From: Deltaproteobacteria bacterium
GTDB lineage: Bacteria > Myxococcota_A > Polyangia > Polyangiales > Houyiibacteriaceae
DNA length: 64,000 bases
Direction of reading: 5' to 3'
NCBI GenBank assembly: GCA_034670305.1
Contig: JAXMNT010000018.1
Span: forward strand, 64,001-128,000
Shown piece after piece: positions 29,157 through 39,222 of this stretch. The notes under the pieces are model-generated. The model had not been told where the DNA came from and searched no databases. It was given only the letters and a program-made list of their open reading frames with translations. Position numbers and translations under genes: made by a program. How positions within the stretch are numbered: the first letter of the stretch is position 1; every line of letters starts with the position of its first letter.

Positions 29157-29186
29157 TGTCAGAAAGAAGTGGCCGCAGACGTCTAC
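29157..29186 (+). promoter_or_regulatory. putative ECF-sigma promoter TGTCAG-N17-CGTCTAC
   Basis: Matches 27546-27574. Confidence 0.55.
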
Positions 29187-29191
29187 CCAAC

Positions 29192-29353
29192 ATGGACGCC
29201 GCACCCCTTCCGCCTGCCGACGAACCTCCCGTCTGCGTACAACCCCACACCGACCGCGACGACGAGGACCGCCGCAGACCCGGTCGTTGCCGAGACTGCG
29301 ACGCCCCCGCGATTCCGGGCGACTGGCGCTGCTACTCCTGCGCCGGCGACTGA
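29192..29353 (+). CDS. 53-aa putative zinc-ribbon microprotein
   Basis: MDAAPLPPADEPP...GRCRDCDAPAIPGDWRCYSCAGD (CxxC-X10-CxxC) with its own promoter-like motif. Confidence 0.55.
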   Translation: MDAAPLPPADEPPVCVQPHTDRDDEDRRRPGRCRDCDAPAIPGDWRCYSCAGD

Positions 29354-29366
29354 GACGGCTGAGTTG

Positions 29367-30390
29367 TCACCGGCCACCCAGTCGAAGCCGCATCAGTTGT
29401 CCACGATCGAAGCAGAGCAGTGAGCCGTCCTTGTCGAATAGGATCGGGGAACCGTCCCCATTCGTCTCCCAGGTGCCCAGAACTGAACCATCGAGAGCGG
29501 ATCGAAACTGAATCTGTCGTTCACACTCGAGCGCGAAGACTTCGCCGGTCTGGTTCACCGCGAATGCGCGGACCGGAGTTTCGGCAATGTGATGGCGACG
29601 GATGCGGCGACCGCCGACCCACACGTTCAGCCACCCGTTTCGTTCGAGCGTGAAGGTCTCGTCGGAATTCGGGGGCGCGACGACTGTATCCACCGTGCTC
29701 GAGTGACCTGAAGCGAAAGGCGCGACCGCTCCGGTCGCCAGGTCTACGCCAAACACGGTCTCGTGCGTCCCCCCGACCAGCACCCTTCCTCCATCCTGCG
29801 CAAGCGCGCCCGACCACTGAGTGTCCATGGTGGTTCCACACAACTGGGTGAGCTCGAAGCTGGGAAGTTCGATACGGAAGATGCCGTGATATCGCGTGAC
29901 GACGAGGACGGCGCCTGGAATAGCGACCAGACTCTCTGGACCCGCCCCCTCGTGGACTGGGACACCCTGGTCACGCGGACCCGGCACGTCGATGACTCCA
30001 CGGTACTCTCCCATCTCGTCCCAAATCTCCACCTTGCCGTCCCATTTTCCAATAGCGACGAAGCCACTCGTAGAGACGACCAGGGCCGTCGGGCCCTCGG
30101 GACACGACAGCCGGCACTCGGCCCACGTCGCCGAGTCTCCATCGACGGGCCATCGAATGACCGAATCGTCGAATCCAGCCGATACGAACTCGCTCCTGCC
30201 CTCCGACAATGCGAGCGCGACCGGTCGAGCGTGTGCAACGTCTTTGTCTGAGCGCGCGAGTACGTCGGAGACCGACCATCTCTCAACCTGCCCACCGAGG
30301 CCCCCCAGTGGGAGCTACGAGCCGACCGCTGTTGCAGTAGTCGGGGAAGATAGCCGCGGTCAGCCCCTCGGCTGTCCAGTATACGGATCC
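29367..30390 (-). pseudogene. WD40-repeat protein, 5'-truncated or frameshifted (intact frame covers 29367-30209 and somewhat upstream)
   Basis: WD repeats (SAGFDDSVIRW, GKWDGKVEIWD, GHSSTVDTV); an upstream repeat GLGGQVERW joins another frame across a G6 run at 30301-30306. Confidence 0.55.
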
Positions 30391-30402
30391 ACCCCAACCC
30401 CA

Positions 30403-33400
30403 GTGCGGGTCGAGGTTCCGACGTTCGGGTTCCGTGCCAGCGTCGAGGTGTCACCCGGTCACATCAGTGACGTCCTGCTCCCAGTGCTTACTGCACACCC
30501 TCCGACCGGCGAAGTCGCTGACCACTCGATTCGCATCACGGCGCCCGTTTCGGTCTGTGTGTACGGAATGGTGCACGCCCCAGAGGTTACCGATGCCTTC
30601 CTGGCGCTTCCCACTGCTGGCCTAGGCACCGAGTACGTGGTGCCGAGCTATGGGGGACACATCGCCTTCGGTCGTTCAGACGCGAACCTGACGGTCACGG
30701 CAGCAGAGGATGGAACGACCGTCACCATCGTTCCGTCGGCCGACGTGGATGGCGGGCCGGACACGCCCAACACGATTGAGCGCGCCGGCGACCCCCTCAC
30801 GTTCTCGTTGGACCGAGGAGAGATGATTCACCTGCGGGCGCGCCTGACCGGCGCCACCGGTTCTCTCGCAGAGCACGATCTCACTGGCAGCCTCATCACC
30901 AGCAACAAGCCTGTGGCTGTCTTGAGCGGACACGACTGTGCCGAGGTTCCGAACAACACGCAGGCGTGCGACTACCTTGTGGAGCAGATCCCCTCGACCG
31001 ACGCGCTGGGAGACGACTTCTTGGTGGCGCCCCTCGCCACGCGTGAGGGGTACGAACTGCGCGTTGTGGCCGCACACGATTCGACGGACGTCTCAATCGA
31101 TGGCGCCGTGGTCGCCACACTCGACACCGGAGAGTTCCATTCCATTCTGGTCGAAGTGGAGGGAACCGCGCTTCATGTAGAGACCAGCGAACCCGCACTC
31201 CTCGTCCAGTACTCCCTCGGGCGCCAACACGACAATCGCGACGGCGACCCCTTCATGATGTTGGTGGTCCCGACGAGCCAGTTCGACGACAACGTCCTGG
31301 CGGCGACGGTCCCTTCCGAGGTGATCGTGTTCGACAACTACCTCACCGTGGTCATCGAGGCGACCGAGGCGGGTGGCATGCGGGTTGATGGGTCACCGAT
31401 CGCCGAGCCATTCACCCCCATCGGTTCGACGGGCTACGCCTACGCGCACGTCGCGGTCGCGGACGGCAGCCATCGTCTCGAGCACCTCGGGTACGGCGTC
31501 ACCTTCGGCGCGTACGCGTACGGGTTCGGGAACTTCGACAGCTACGGCTACCCCGCGACGATGCGGCTTTCAGCCCTCGCTGAACCCTGTGTTCCCAGCA
31601 CGACTGTCCCTGGTGACGGAATCGACAACGACTGCGACGGCCTCTACGACGAGGAAGACGACAACGGCGTGGACGATGACGGGGACGGGGCGGACGATGA
31701 AGACCTTTCGTTCGAAGCCTCTGCCACCAACTCCACCCCGCATGCTTACGACGGTTCCCTGTCGACCCGGGAAGACACCGCCATCTCGTTCGTGCTCACG
31801 GGCTTTGACCCTGATGGGGACCCGTTGAGCTACGCGATCGCAAGCTCACCGTCGAACGGCACCCTCACGGGGACACCGTCCACGCTGGCCTACACACCCG
31901 CTCTTGACTACACGGGGACCGACTCCTTCACGTTCACCGTGAGCGACGGATCTCAAGTCTCCGCCGCGGCCACCTTCACCATCGTCGTGGTCCACGAGAA
32001 CGACGGGCCGGTCATCAGCGGCGACGTGATCAACGGCGTCGAGAACGAGGTCATCCAGGTTCAACTGGTCGCGACCGACGACGACCCGGCATGCACTCTG
32101 ACCTGGGCGCTCACGAGTGGTTTTCCTGGCATGCAGCTGGATCCGACTGGCGAGTTCTTCTGGCTCCCCGAAGACGGCGGCTCCTACCCAATCGAAGTCC
32201 GCACCACCGACTGCGACGGCGCGACCGATACCCGCCCACTGACGGTCATCGTAGACGAGGTCTCCGAGCCACCGATCATCGTGTCCACGCCAGTTCGACG
32301 CGCGAGCTACGCGTACCCCTACCAGTACGATGTCGATGCAATCGACAACGACACACTCGACCTCGCAGCCATCGTCGATCGGTACGAGCTCCGGGTGAGT
32401 CCCGCTGCCATGACGATCGTCGCGGCGACAGGTGTGATCGACTGGACGCCTGGCCTCGGCGACGTGGGCGTGCACCAGGTCGAGGTCGTCGCGATCGACG
32501 GCGAAGGACTCGAGAGCGAGCCGCAGCGGTTCTCGATCACGGTCGAGGGCGACGATACACCGCCACTCGTGACCATCTCAGCAACACCGTTCAGCGTCCT
32601 GCCAGGCGAAGACGTTCTCATCCGCGTGGTCGCGTCGGACGACGACGACGTGCTCGTCGACCATGTAGAAGTCGATGGCACGATTCTCACCCTGGACGGC
32701 AGCGGTGAAGCCATCTGGACCGCTACCACCGTCGGTGTGAAGGTCGCGTTGGCCGAAGCCGTTGACCCGTCTGGGAACCGGAGCACCGCGCAGACGAATG
32801 TCCGCGTGCTCGACGCCAGCGACGACACCCTGCCGGTCGTCACGCTCACCGCACCCACGTACGACGACGAGCTCCTCTACCTGCACGACGTGGTTGGCAG
32901 CGTCGCCGACGACAACCTCTACCGATGGAGCGTCGACCTGCGCCCCACCGACCACGGCGCATGGCGAACCTTGCTCCAAGGTGGGGAGAACGTGTCCGGC
33001 ACGCTTGGACAGGTCGATGCAACGTTGCTCGAGAACGGCCGCTACTACCTCCGGCTCCGAGGCGAAGACGTCAACGGCAACCTTGCAGAGGAGACGGTCG
33101 GCGTTCGAGTCACGGGCGAAGCGAAACTCGGACTCGTCCAGATGAGCTTCGTGGACCTCGCACTCGACGACATCGGCATCCCACTGGCCTTGGTTCGCAG
33201 CTACGACAGTCGTCGGGCGAGCGAGAAGGGTGACTTCGGTTACGGCTGGGAGCTCGGACTTCGCACCGGACGAGTTCAGCACAACCGCCTGATCGGCGAA
33301 GACATCGTCATCGACCCAGGCGCGGGCACGTTTGCAGAACCCTTCCCCTGCGTCCGCTGGGAAGAGCAAGAGTTCCACTTCACGGAGGTCCGGCTCAGCG

Positions 33401-36400
33401 ACGGCGAGTACTACGTCTTCCGACCGGTCTTGGTGGACCTTCAACCCCTTAGCGGCTCGTGCTCCGCGGACGTCCAGTATGAGTTCGTGGACGGGACCAA
33501 CCCCGGAGCGGTGCTGGGCATCGTCGGCAACACCACGGTCCGCGCCCGCGCCATCGGCCGGATTCGCGCTTCCACGTTCAATACACGTGGCCTGTTGACA
33601 GACATCGCCACCGGTGACGTCTACAACCCAGACCACTTCCGACTCACCCTGCTCGATGGCCGGCGAATCGATCTGACCACCCAGGACGGGGTCATCCGCT
33701 TCGAGGACCGCAACGGAAACTCACTCTCGTTCACGGACGGCGCAGTGATTCATTCAAGCGGACGGGCGCTGGAGATCGTGCGTGACCGAGAAGGCCGCAT
33801 CGACCGCGTCCGAGACCACGCAGGCCGCGAGATCCGGTACCAGTACGACAGCGCGGGCGATCTCGTCGGGGTCACCAATCCACTCGAACAAACAACCTCG
33901 TTCGAGTACCGAGTCCCCACCCATCCACATCACTTGACCGACCTCGTGGATCACCGCGGCGTCCGGATCGCGGCGATGACCTACACCGGTGACGGTCGAC
34001 TCGACGAGCTCTGCGACGCGGACGGAGTCTGCTTCGACAACGACTACGATCTCGTTGGGCACGAGCTGACCCGATACGACGGCCTCGGCCGCCCCACCCG
34101 CCACATCTACACCGACCGCGGCGAGGTCTCGAATGTCATCGACGGCCTCGGCAACGTCACCCAGCTCAACTACGATATCGAGATCCCCGGTCGGGTGGTA
34201 AGCCAGATCGATGCTGAGGGGAACATCACCCGCTATGAGTACACCGATCATCGCGGCAACCTCACCGCCAGGGTCGACCCCCACGACGTGAGCACCGACC
34301 CCGCCGACTTCACGACCACGTACACGTACGACGCGAACAACCGGATGACGTCGCTAACCTCGCCCGCTGGTGGATCCGTCGAGTTCGAGTACGACGCCAA
34401 CGGCAACCAGACGGTGGTCCGCGACGGGGACGGCAACGAGGTTACACGAACGACATACGACGCCAACGGTCGAGTGCTGACCGAGACCAGCCGCCTGGGC
34501 ACAATCACCCATGAGCACGGGGACGGTCCCGAACCCATGCGTACAACGGACCCAGACGGAACAACGTGGGACATGATCTACGGTGCAGACGGGCAACTCT
34601 CCGCGCTGTACAGAGACGGTGTACTGTTCTCAGCAAGTTCGTTCGATTCGCTGGGCCGTGCCGTCCATCATGACTTCGGTGGCGGTAGGGAGGGCACGTT
34701 CCAGTATGACGGGGCAGGTGAGTTCTGGACTCGCGTAGCAGGAGCAGACGGAGTTACTGAACGAAGAGTCTCTGGCGGAGCGCGGCTCCTTGGGTGGAGC
34801 CACGAGGGGGAGCAACAAGTCGCCTTCGAGTACGACGCGGTCGGGAACTTCCGCCGCGAGACCGACGCCGCGGGACGCGTACAGGAACGCACCTACGACG
34901 ATGCGGGCCGCATGGCCTCGCAGATCGACCACGCCCGAGGCGCCACCACGAGTGTCGTCCGCGACGGCGCGGGCCGCGTCACCCGCAGCACCAACGCGCT
35001 CGGGTTCCACACCGACATGACCTACACCGCTGGCGGCCGCATCGCGACCATGACGGACGCGAACACCAACACCTGGTCGTTCACGTACACGCCCACCTCG
35101 ACAACCGTGCGTGACCCGCTCCTTCGAGACACGACCACGAACACCAACGCCTACGGCCTCCCACTGTCCATCCTGCATCCGGACGGCAGCTCCACGAGCG
35201 TCACCCACCTGGCTCCCTCCCGTCTCGAGGACGGCGACGAGTTCGTCACCTCCGAGACCGATGAGATGGGTCGCGTCCGCTCCTTCGGGTACGACGCGGA
35301 GGGCACGCTCGTCTCCGCGACCGACCTGGCCGGCGTCGCGTGGTCCTACGGCTACCCCGAGGACCACGTGGAGAAGGTGACCAGTCCGCTCGGCCGGGCC
35401 TGGCGCATCGAGCGCACGGACGCCGGCGACCCCTCGCGGGTGGTCTACCCGGACACGTCCGAGACCACGATGACCTACACGGACTTCAACGAGCTGGACA
35501 CCATGACCCAGCCAGATGGGAACGTCGTTACGTATGTCTATGACGCAGACCGCCGCGAGACTTCGCGCAGCACCGCCACCGGCGAGTCGCGGACCATCAC
35601 CTACGATACGAACGAGGCCGTCGATACGGTGACGAACGCCGCCGGCGCCACCTCGTACACGTACGACGCCGCCGGCCGTCTCGAGACGCTCACCAGCCCG
35701 AGCGGCTCACGCATCCGCTACGAGTACGACGCCGGGGACCGGGTCACGCATGTCCACACGCGGCCGAGCGGCACCGCGCCGGAGGAGACCACCGCGTACG
35801 GCTACGATCCGGTTGGCAACCTGACCTCCATCACCGATCCTCTCGGTGGCGTGACCTCGTACACCTACGACGCGGCCAACCGTCCCGCGACCCGCACCTT
35901 GCCCAACGGCGTGATCACCACGTGGACCTTCGACCTGCGCGACCGGCTCAGCAGTGTCGTGCACGAAGACTCCACCGGCACCGTGCTCGCCAGCGAGACG
36001 TACACCCGCACGCTCTCCGGCGAACCCACCCAGATCGACCGCGAAGACGGCACATACGTGGAGTTCACCTACGACGGCGCGCTACGGCTCACCTCGGAGA
36101 CCTACCGCAACGCCAGTGGGACGGTGCTCCGGTCCAAGACGTACACCTACGACCAGGACGGCAACAGGCTCACCAAGAATGCGGACAGCTACACCTACGG
36201 CGCCGGCTTCCGGCTGGACTCCGCTGGGGCGGACGGCTTCACGCATGACGCGGCCGGGCGGGTGACCCAGATCGCGCGCGGCGCCATCAACACCGACCTG
36301 ACGTATGACAGCTTCGATCACGTCACCCAGGTGGACCAAGGTGGCGCTACGACGGACTATGTGTTCGACGGGGAAGGGCGCCGCGTCTCCGTGGATGACG

Positions 36401-37626
36401 GCACGAGCTCCCGGAACTTCCTGGTCGCCCCCAGCATGGCGCGCAGCTACGAGAGCCCGCACGTGATCACGGACGCGGTGACCGGCAACCAGCAGCTCGC
36501 CTACGTCTTCGCCGGCGAACACGCCGTCATGCGCTACGGCGCCTCCGGACCCCGCTACTACCTGCGGGACGCCATGGGTAGCATCATCGCCTTGACCGAC
36601 GGCGCCGGCAACCGCGTCGCCCGCATCGAATACGACGCCTTCGGCAACATCGACGCCACCACCGGCGCTGAAGCCGCCCTCCCCACCGAATCCCTCGGCG
36701 ACTTCCGCCACCACGGCATGTGGAGAGACCCCACCGGCCTCTACTACGTCCGGGCGAGGACCTACGACCCGGAGACGGCCCGGTTCACGAGCCGGGACCC
36801 TGCGGCGCCAGCGTCGCAGGCGCCGGAGATGTGGAGCCCCTACCAGGCGAACCGCTCCGTACCAACCTTGTACCGAGACCCATCGGGCCGCGTAAGTCTC
36901 ATTGAGGTCCAGACGAACTTGCAAGCACGTGCTGCGCTCGCTTCGGCTGCGGTACGAAGTGGTCTGTCGCGTCTCTTGTTCACCGCTCGTGGTGGCATGG
37001 GGAACCTCATTCGATCAAGTATTCGCGATTTCGTTCGCGGCGAGATTATCGACCAGGCCATCGGGCAGGCCTTTAGCTCGGTAATCCCATCCAACTGGCT
37101 TGCCACCGCAGATTTTGGTCGGAAGTTCGAGTCTCTTGTGACCGACGAACTGTGTGAAATGTTCCAGGGGTTTCCGGGTGGAGTTCGCAACTCACTGTTC
37201 CTCGAGCCGCCACTCGATAGCTCGGGCAGACCCGTAGGAAACGGCTATTCGTGCAGCGACACGACTGGCCAGAACACAACTGTACCCACGACACTCACGA
37301 GAGGTCCACGACTTGGACCCACGGGCTCGAAGTTTCCCGATCTACTCTTCTCCCGCGCCCGCCCAACGAACCTCCAGCGTGGTCTCAGTGGCAGTCCGAA
37401 GTCCTACTTGCTTACGGAGATCAAAGCCCGGCCGGAAACTGCTCTCGGTAAGCCCGCTCAACTACGAACCTTCGTCCGGCATGCGCGTCGGTTCTCGTAC
37501 TCACGAATGGTCGTGCTGATTACAGTAAAGGGAGCCAACTTGGCAACGCGACAGAGACTCCGGTCCTATTCCTTTGGATTCCCGTATGTTCCGATCCACG
37601 TTCTCTCGTTTCAGGGGTTTGATTGA
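30403..37626 (+). CDS. giant Rhs/YD polymorphic toxin: IgGFc-binding-like domain, Ig-like repeats, Rhs core, PD-(D/E)xK nuclease-like tip (true start uncertain)
   Basis: SNKPVAVLSGH and DYLVEQIP; DPDGDPLSY, YTPALDY; YD repeats; core end YRDPSGR (36871-36891); tip FPDLLF...TEIKA...QL. Confidence 0.88.
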   Translation: MRVEVPTFGFRASVEVSPGHISDVLLPVLTAHPPTGEVADHSIRITAPVSVCVYGMVHAPEVTDAFLALPTAGLGTEYVVPSYGGHIAFGRSDANLTVTAAEDGTTVTIVPSADVDGGPDTPNTIERAGDPLTFSLDRGEMIHLRARLTGATGSLAEHDLTGSLITSNKPVAVLSGHDCAEVPNNTQACDYLVEQIPSTDALGDDFLVAPLATREGYELRVVAAHDSTDVSIDGAVVATLDTGEFHSILVEVEGTALHVETSEPALLVQYSLGRQHDNRDGDPFMMLVVPTSQFDDNVLAATVPSEVIVFDNYLTVVIEATEAGGMRVDGSPIAEPFTPIGSTGYAYAHVAVADGSHRLEHLGYGVTFGAYAYGFGNFDSYGYPATMRLSALAEPCVPSTTVPGDGIDNDCDGLYDEEDDNGVDDDGDGADDEDLSFEASATNSTPHAYDGSLSTREDTAISFVLTGFDPDGDPLSYAIASSPSNGTLTGTPSTLAYTPALDYTGTDSFTFTVSDGSQVSAAATFTIVVVHENDGPVISGDVINGVENEVIQVQLVATDDDPACTLTWALTSGFPGMQLDPTGEFFWLPEDGGSYPIEVRTTDCDGATDTRPLTVIVDEVSEPPIIVSTPVRRASYAYPYQYDVDAIDNDTLDLAAIVDRYELRVSPAAMTIVAATGVIDWTPGLGDVGVHQVEVVAIDGEGLESEPQRFSITVEGDDTPPLVTISATPFSVLPGEDVLIRVVASDDDDVLVDHVEVDGTILTLDGSGEAIWTATTVGVKVALAEAVDPSGNRSTAQTNVRVLDASDDTLPVVTLTAPTYDDELLYLHDVVGSVADDNLYRWSVDLRPTDHGAWRTLLQGGENVSGTLGQVDATLLENGRYYLRLRGEDVNGNLAEETVGVRVTGEAKLGLVQMSFVDLALDDIGIPLALVRSYDSRRASEKGDFGYGWELGLRTGRVQHNRLIGEDIVIDPGAGTFAEPFPCVRWEEQEFHFTEVRLSDGEYYVFRPVLVDLQPLSGSCSADVQYEFVDGTNPGAVLGIVGNTTVRARAIGRIRASTFNTRGLLTDIATGDVYNPDHFRLTLLDGRRIDLTTQDGVIRFEDRNGNSLSFTDGAVIHSSGRALEIVRDREGRIDRVRDHAGREIRYQYDSAGDLVGVTNPLEQTTSFEYRVPTHPHHLTDLVDHRGVRIAAMTYTGDGRLDELCDADGVCFDNDYDLVGHELTRYDGLGRPTRHIYTDRGEVSNVIDGLGNVTQLNYDIEIPGRVVSQIDAEGNITRYEYTDHRGNLTARVDPHDVSTDPADFTTTYTYDANNRMTSLTSPAGGSVEFEYDANGNQTVVRDGDGNEVTRTTYDANGRVLTETSRLGTITHEHGDGPEPMRTTDPDGTTWDMIYGADGQLSALYRDGVLFSASSFDSLGRAVHHDFGGGREGTFQYDGAGEFWTRVAGADGVTERRVSGGARLLGWSHEGEQQVAFEYDAVGNFRRETDAAGRVQERTYDDAGRMASQIDHARGATTSVVRDGAGRVTRSTNALGFHTDMTYTAGGRIATMTDANTNTWSFTYTPTSTTVRDPLLRDTTTNTNAYGLPLSILHPDGSSTSVTHLAPSRLEDGDEFVTSETDEMGRVRSFGYDAEGTLVSATDLAGVAWSYGYPEDHVEKVTSPLGRAWRIERTDAGDPSRVVYPDTSETTMTYTDFNELDTMTQPDGNVVTYVYDADRRETSRSTATGESRTITYDTNEAVDTVTNAAGATSYTYDAAGRLETLTSPSGSRIRYEYDAGDRVTHVHTRPSGTAPEETTAYGYDPVGNLTSITDPLGGVTSYTYDAANRPATRTLPNGVITTWTFDLRDRLSSVVHEDSTGTVLASETYTRTLSGEPTQIDREDGTYVEFTYDGALRLTSETYRNASGTVLRSKTYTYDQDGNRLTKNADSYTYGAGFRLDSAGADGFTHDAAGRVTQIARGAINTDLTYDSFDHVTQVDQGGATTDYVFDGEGRRVSVDDGTSSRNFLVAPSMARSYESPHVITDAVTGNQQLAYVFAGEHAVMRYGASGPRYYLRDAMGSIIALTDGAGNRVARIEYDAFGNIDATTGAEAALPTESLGDFRHHGMWRDPTGLYYVRARTYDPETARFTSRDPAAPASQAPEMWSPYQANRSVPTLYRDPSGRVSLIEVQTNLQARAALASAAVRSGLSRLLFTARGGMGNLIRSSIRDFVRGEIIDQAIGQAFSSVIPSNWLATADFGRKFESLVTDELCEMFQGFPGGVRNSLFLEPPLDSSGRPVGNGYSCSDTTGQNTTVPTTLTRGPRLGPTGSKFPDLLFSRARPTNLQRGLSGSPKSYLLTEIKARPETALGKPAQLRTFVRHARRFSYSRMVVLITVKGANLATRQRLRSYSFGFPYVPIHVLSFQGFD

Positions 37627-38168
37627 TGAATCGTTTTAGACTGCATACCAAGGTCGACGGTGCCCCGCGCAAGGTTCGCGGAGTTCGCCAATGGATTGTC
37701 GTGGATGAGTGGTGTGTGATGTTCGCACGCGCTCCGGCGCTGGAACTCGCCCAAGCTTTGGCAAAGTCGCGGGGTACGCAAGCTCGATCCCTGTCTCCGG
37801 ACGATTCGGCACGTCTTGGCGAGTATGCGGTGGTCCGCTTCTCGGGGAGCGAGTGGTCGTATGCGCTCAGAGGTGCTAATGAATGTCCACTGTTTGAGGC
37901 GTACGAAGAACTCGAAAAGGCGAGCCAACTCCTCTCGGAGGAGCTGCATCTCCTCGCGCTAGAGGACACCAGTAACTCAGTGGTTCATAGATCTTTTCGC
38001 GATGGGAGTCAGACTCTGCGCCAAGATTGGATGGACTCGTCAAAGGTCGTTATCAAAGCGTCGAAGGACATGGAGGCGCTGGGTATCGAGTTGCCACTTC
38101 TGTGGTACGAATCGGAGGCGTTCCTCGCCGGAGTTCGGGAGCCAGACGCGATCGCCGTTTTTGGCTAA
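37626..38168 (+). CDS. probable cognate immunity protein
   Basis: TGATG overlap with the toxin stop; visibly lower GC, like the toxin tip. Confidence 0.65.
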   Translation: MNRFRLHTKVDGAPRKVRGVRQWIVVDEWCVMFARAPALELAQALAKSRGTQARSLSPDDSARLGEYAVVRFSGSEWSYALRGANECPLFEAYEELEKASQLLSEELHLLALEDTSNSVVHRSFRDGSQTLRQDWMDSSKVVIKASKDMEALGIELPLLWYESEAFLAGVREPDAIAVFG

Positions 38169-38299
38169 GGTTGTGTGTCTGGTCGCCCAGTTCCCCCGCG
38201 GGCTCGCTCCAGCCTGACGGCGACGCCCCATGCGCGCCGCGGACGCGGCGTTGGCGGCGGGGCGCAGACGCTCGGAGTGCTCTCGGATCAGAAGAGATG

Positions 38300-38555
38300 G
38301 TTTCGCGGGTCCAGTGGGGCTGGAGTAGGACTCGGTTGACGTCCTTGAGGTCGTTGTTCTCTGAGGGGATGAGCGCATCCCGCTCCGGCCTGCGGCCTCC
38401 TCCCCAACTCGGGTGCGGGTACTCCCCTGTTAGGAGGTTGCGACGCAGAGGTTGCGCACGTGTCGGAGGATGCCTTCGCTTGAGCGGACGACGAGCGCGA
38501 GCGCGTCGGGGGTGAAGACGTTGTGCGCGAGCGCGACGCGATCGAGCGCGGAGGA
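38300..38555 (-). pseudogene. C-terminal fragment of an ExeA-like AAA+ ATPase of the transposase-partner type
   Basis: LDRVALAHNVFTPDALALVVRSSEGILRHVRNLC ... DLKDVNRVLLQPHW, split by a stop and a ~65-bp palindromic segment; family recalled from memory. Confidence 0.5.
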
Positions 38556-38829
38556 TGAAGGCTCCATGTCGTCGTCGGGAGCGAGCTTCTGCGGGGACGG
38601 AGTACGTGTTAGCGACCGACTTGATGTGGCCGTCGGCGGCCGATTTGACGTCGCAGGGGGTTGGGGCGGCATAGTTGTTGAGAGAGCCAAGTCCGAGGAG
38701 CCGGAGGCCGATTCGTCCGCACCCGAACGGGTGAGCTCGTCGAGGTTCCGCTCAGCGCTGTTGGCCGCCGTTCCGCTGGTGGGTTCAACCTATGAGAGAG
38801 ATCATGTCGAGCCCATTCTTCGATCGAGC

Positions 38830-39220
38830 CTACATGGTTGAAGCACCGTCTCTTGGGGATGGATTCTTGATGGGTGGGCAGATATCGGCGCCTGCAGCGA
38901 GCAGGGCGAGCGTCCGCGCGAGCTCGACGAGCACGTGGTGCGCGCCCGCGGGTCGGCGCCCAGCGGGCGGTGGGCGAGGTCGTTGCGGAGCGTGACCATG
39001 CGGCGCAGCGCCGCGACGAGGCGCTCGCTCATCCTCAGGTCGGAAAGCATCGCCCGGAGCGGCTTGTGGTCTCCGAACTTCTCGACCTGCTTCGCCGCGG
39101 CGAAGAGGACGTCCAGCCGAGCGAGAGCGTGCGCTGGGCAGCGGCCTCCGTGATTCGCCTGGTGTAGTTCGTCTGGAACCGGTCCCACCGAGGTTCGAAC
39201 GCGACGACCGAACAACATCG
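38830..39220 (-). pseudogene. frameshifted HEPN-domain gene fragment
   Basis: TLRNDLAH (RxxxxH) at ~38970-38990; flanking helical text continues in other frames. Confidence 0.5.
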
Positions 39221-39222
39221 GC

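Noticed and set aside
29896-30402. ORF-track N-terminus of the 2576-aa Rhs protein
   Set aside because: It overlaps the WD40 gene antisense and reads as shadow sequence; domain-like text begins near 30390
38340-38436. Integron attC site
   Set aside because: A GTTAGG end is present, but there is no matching RYYYAAC box and no integron integrase
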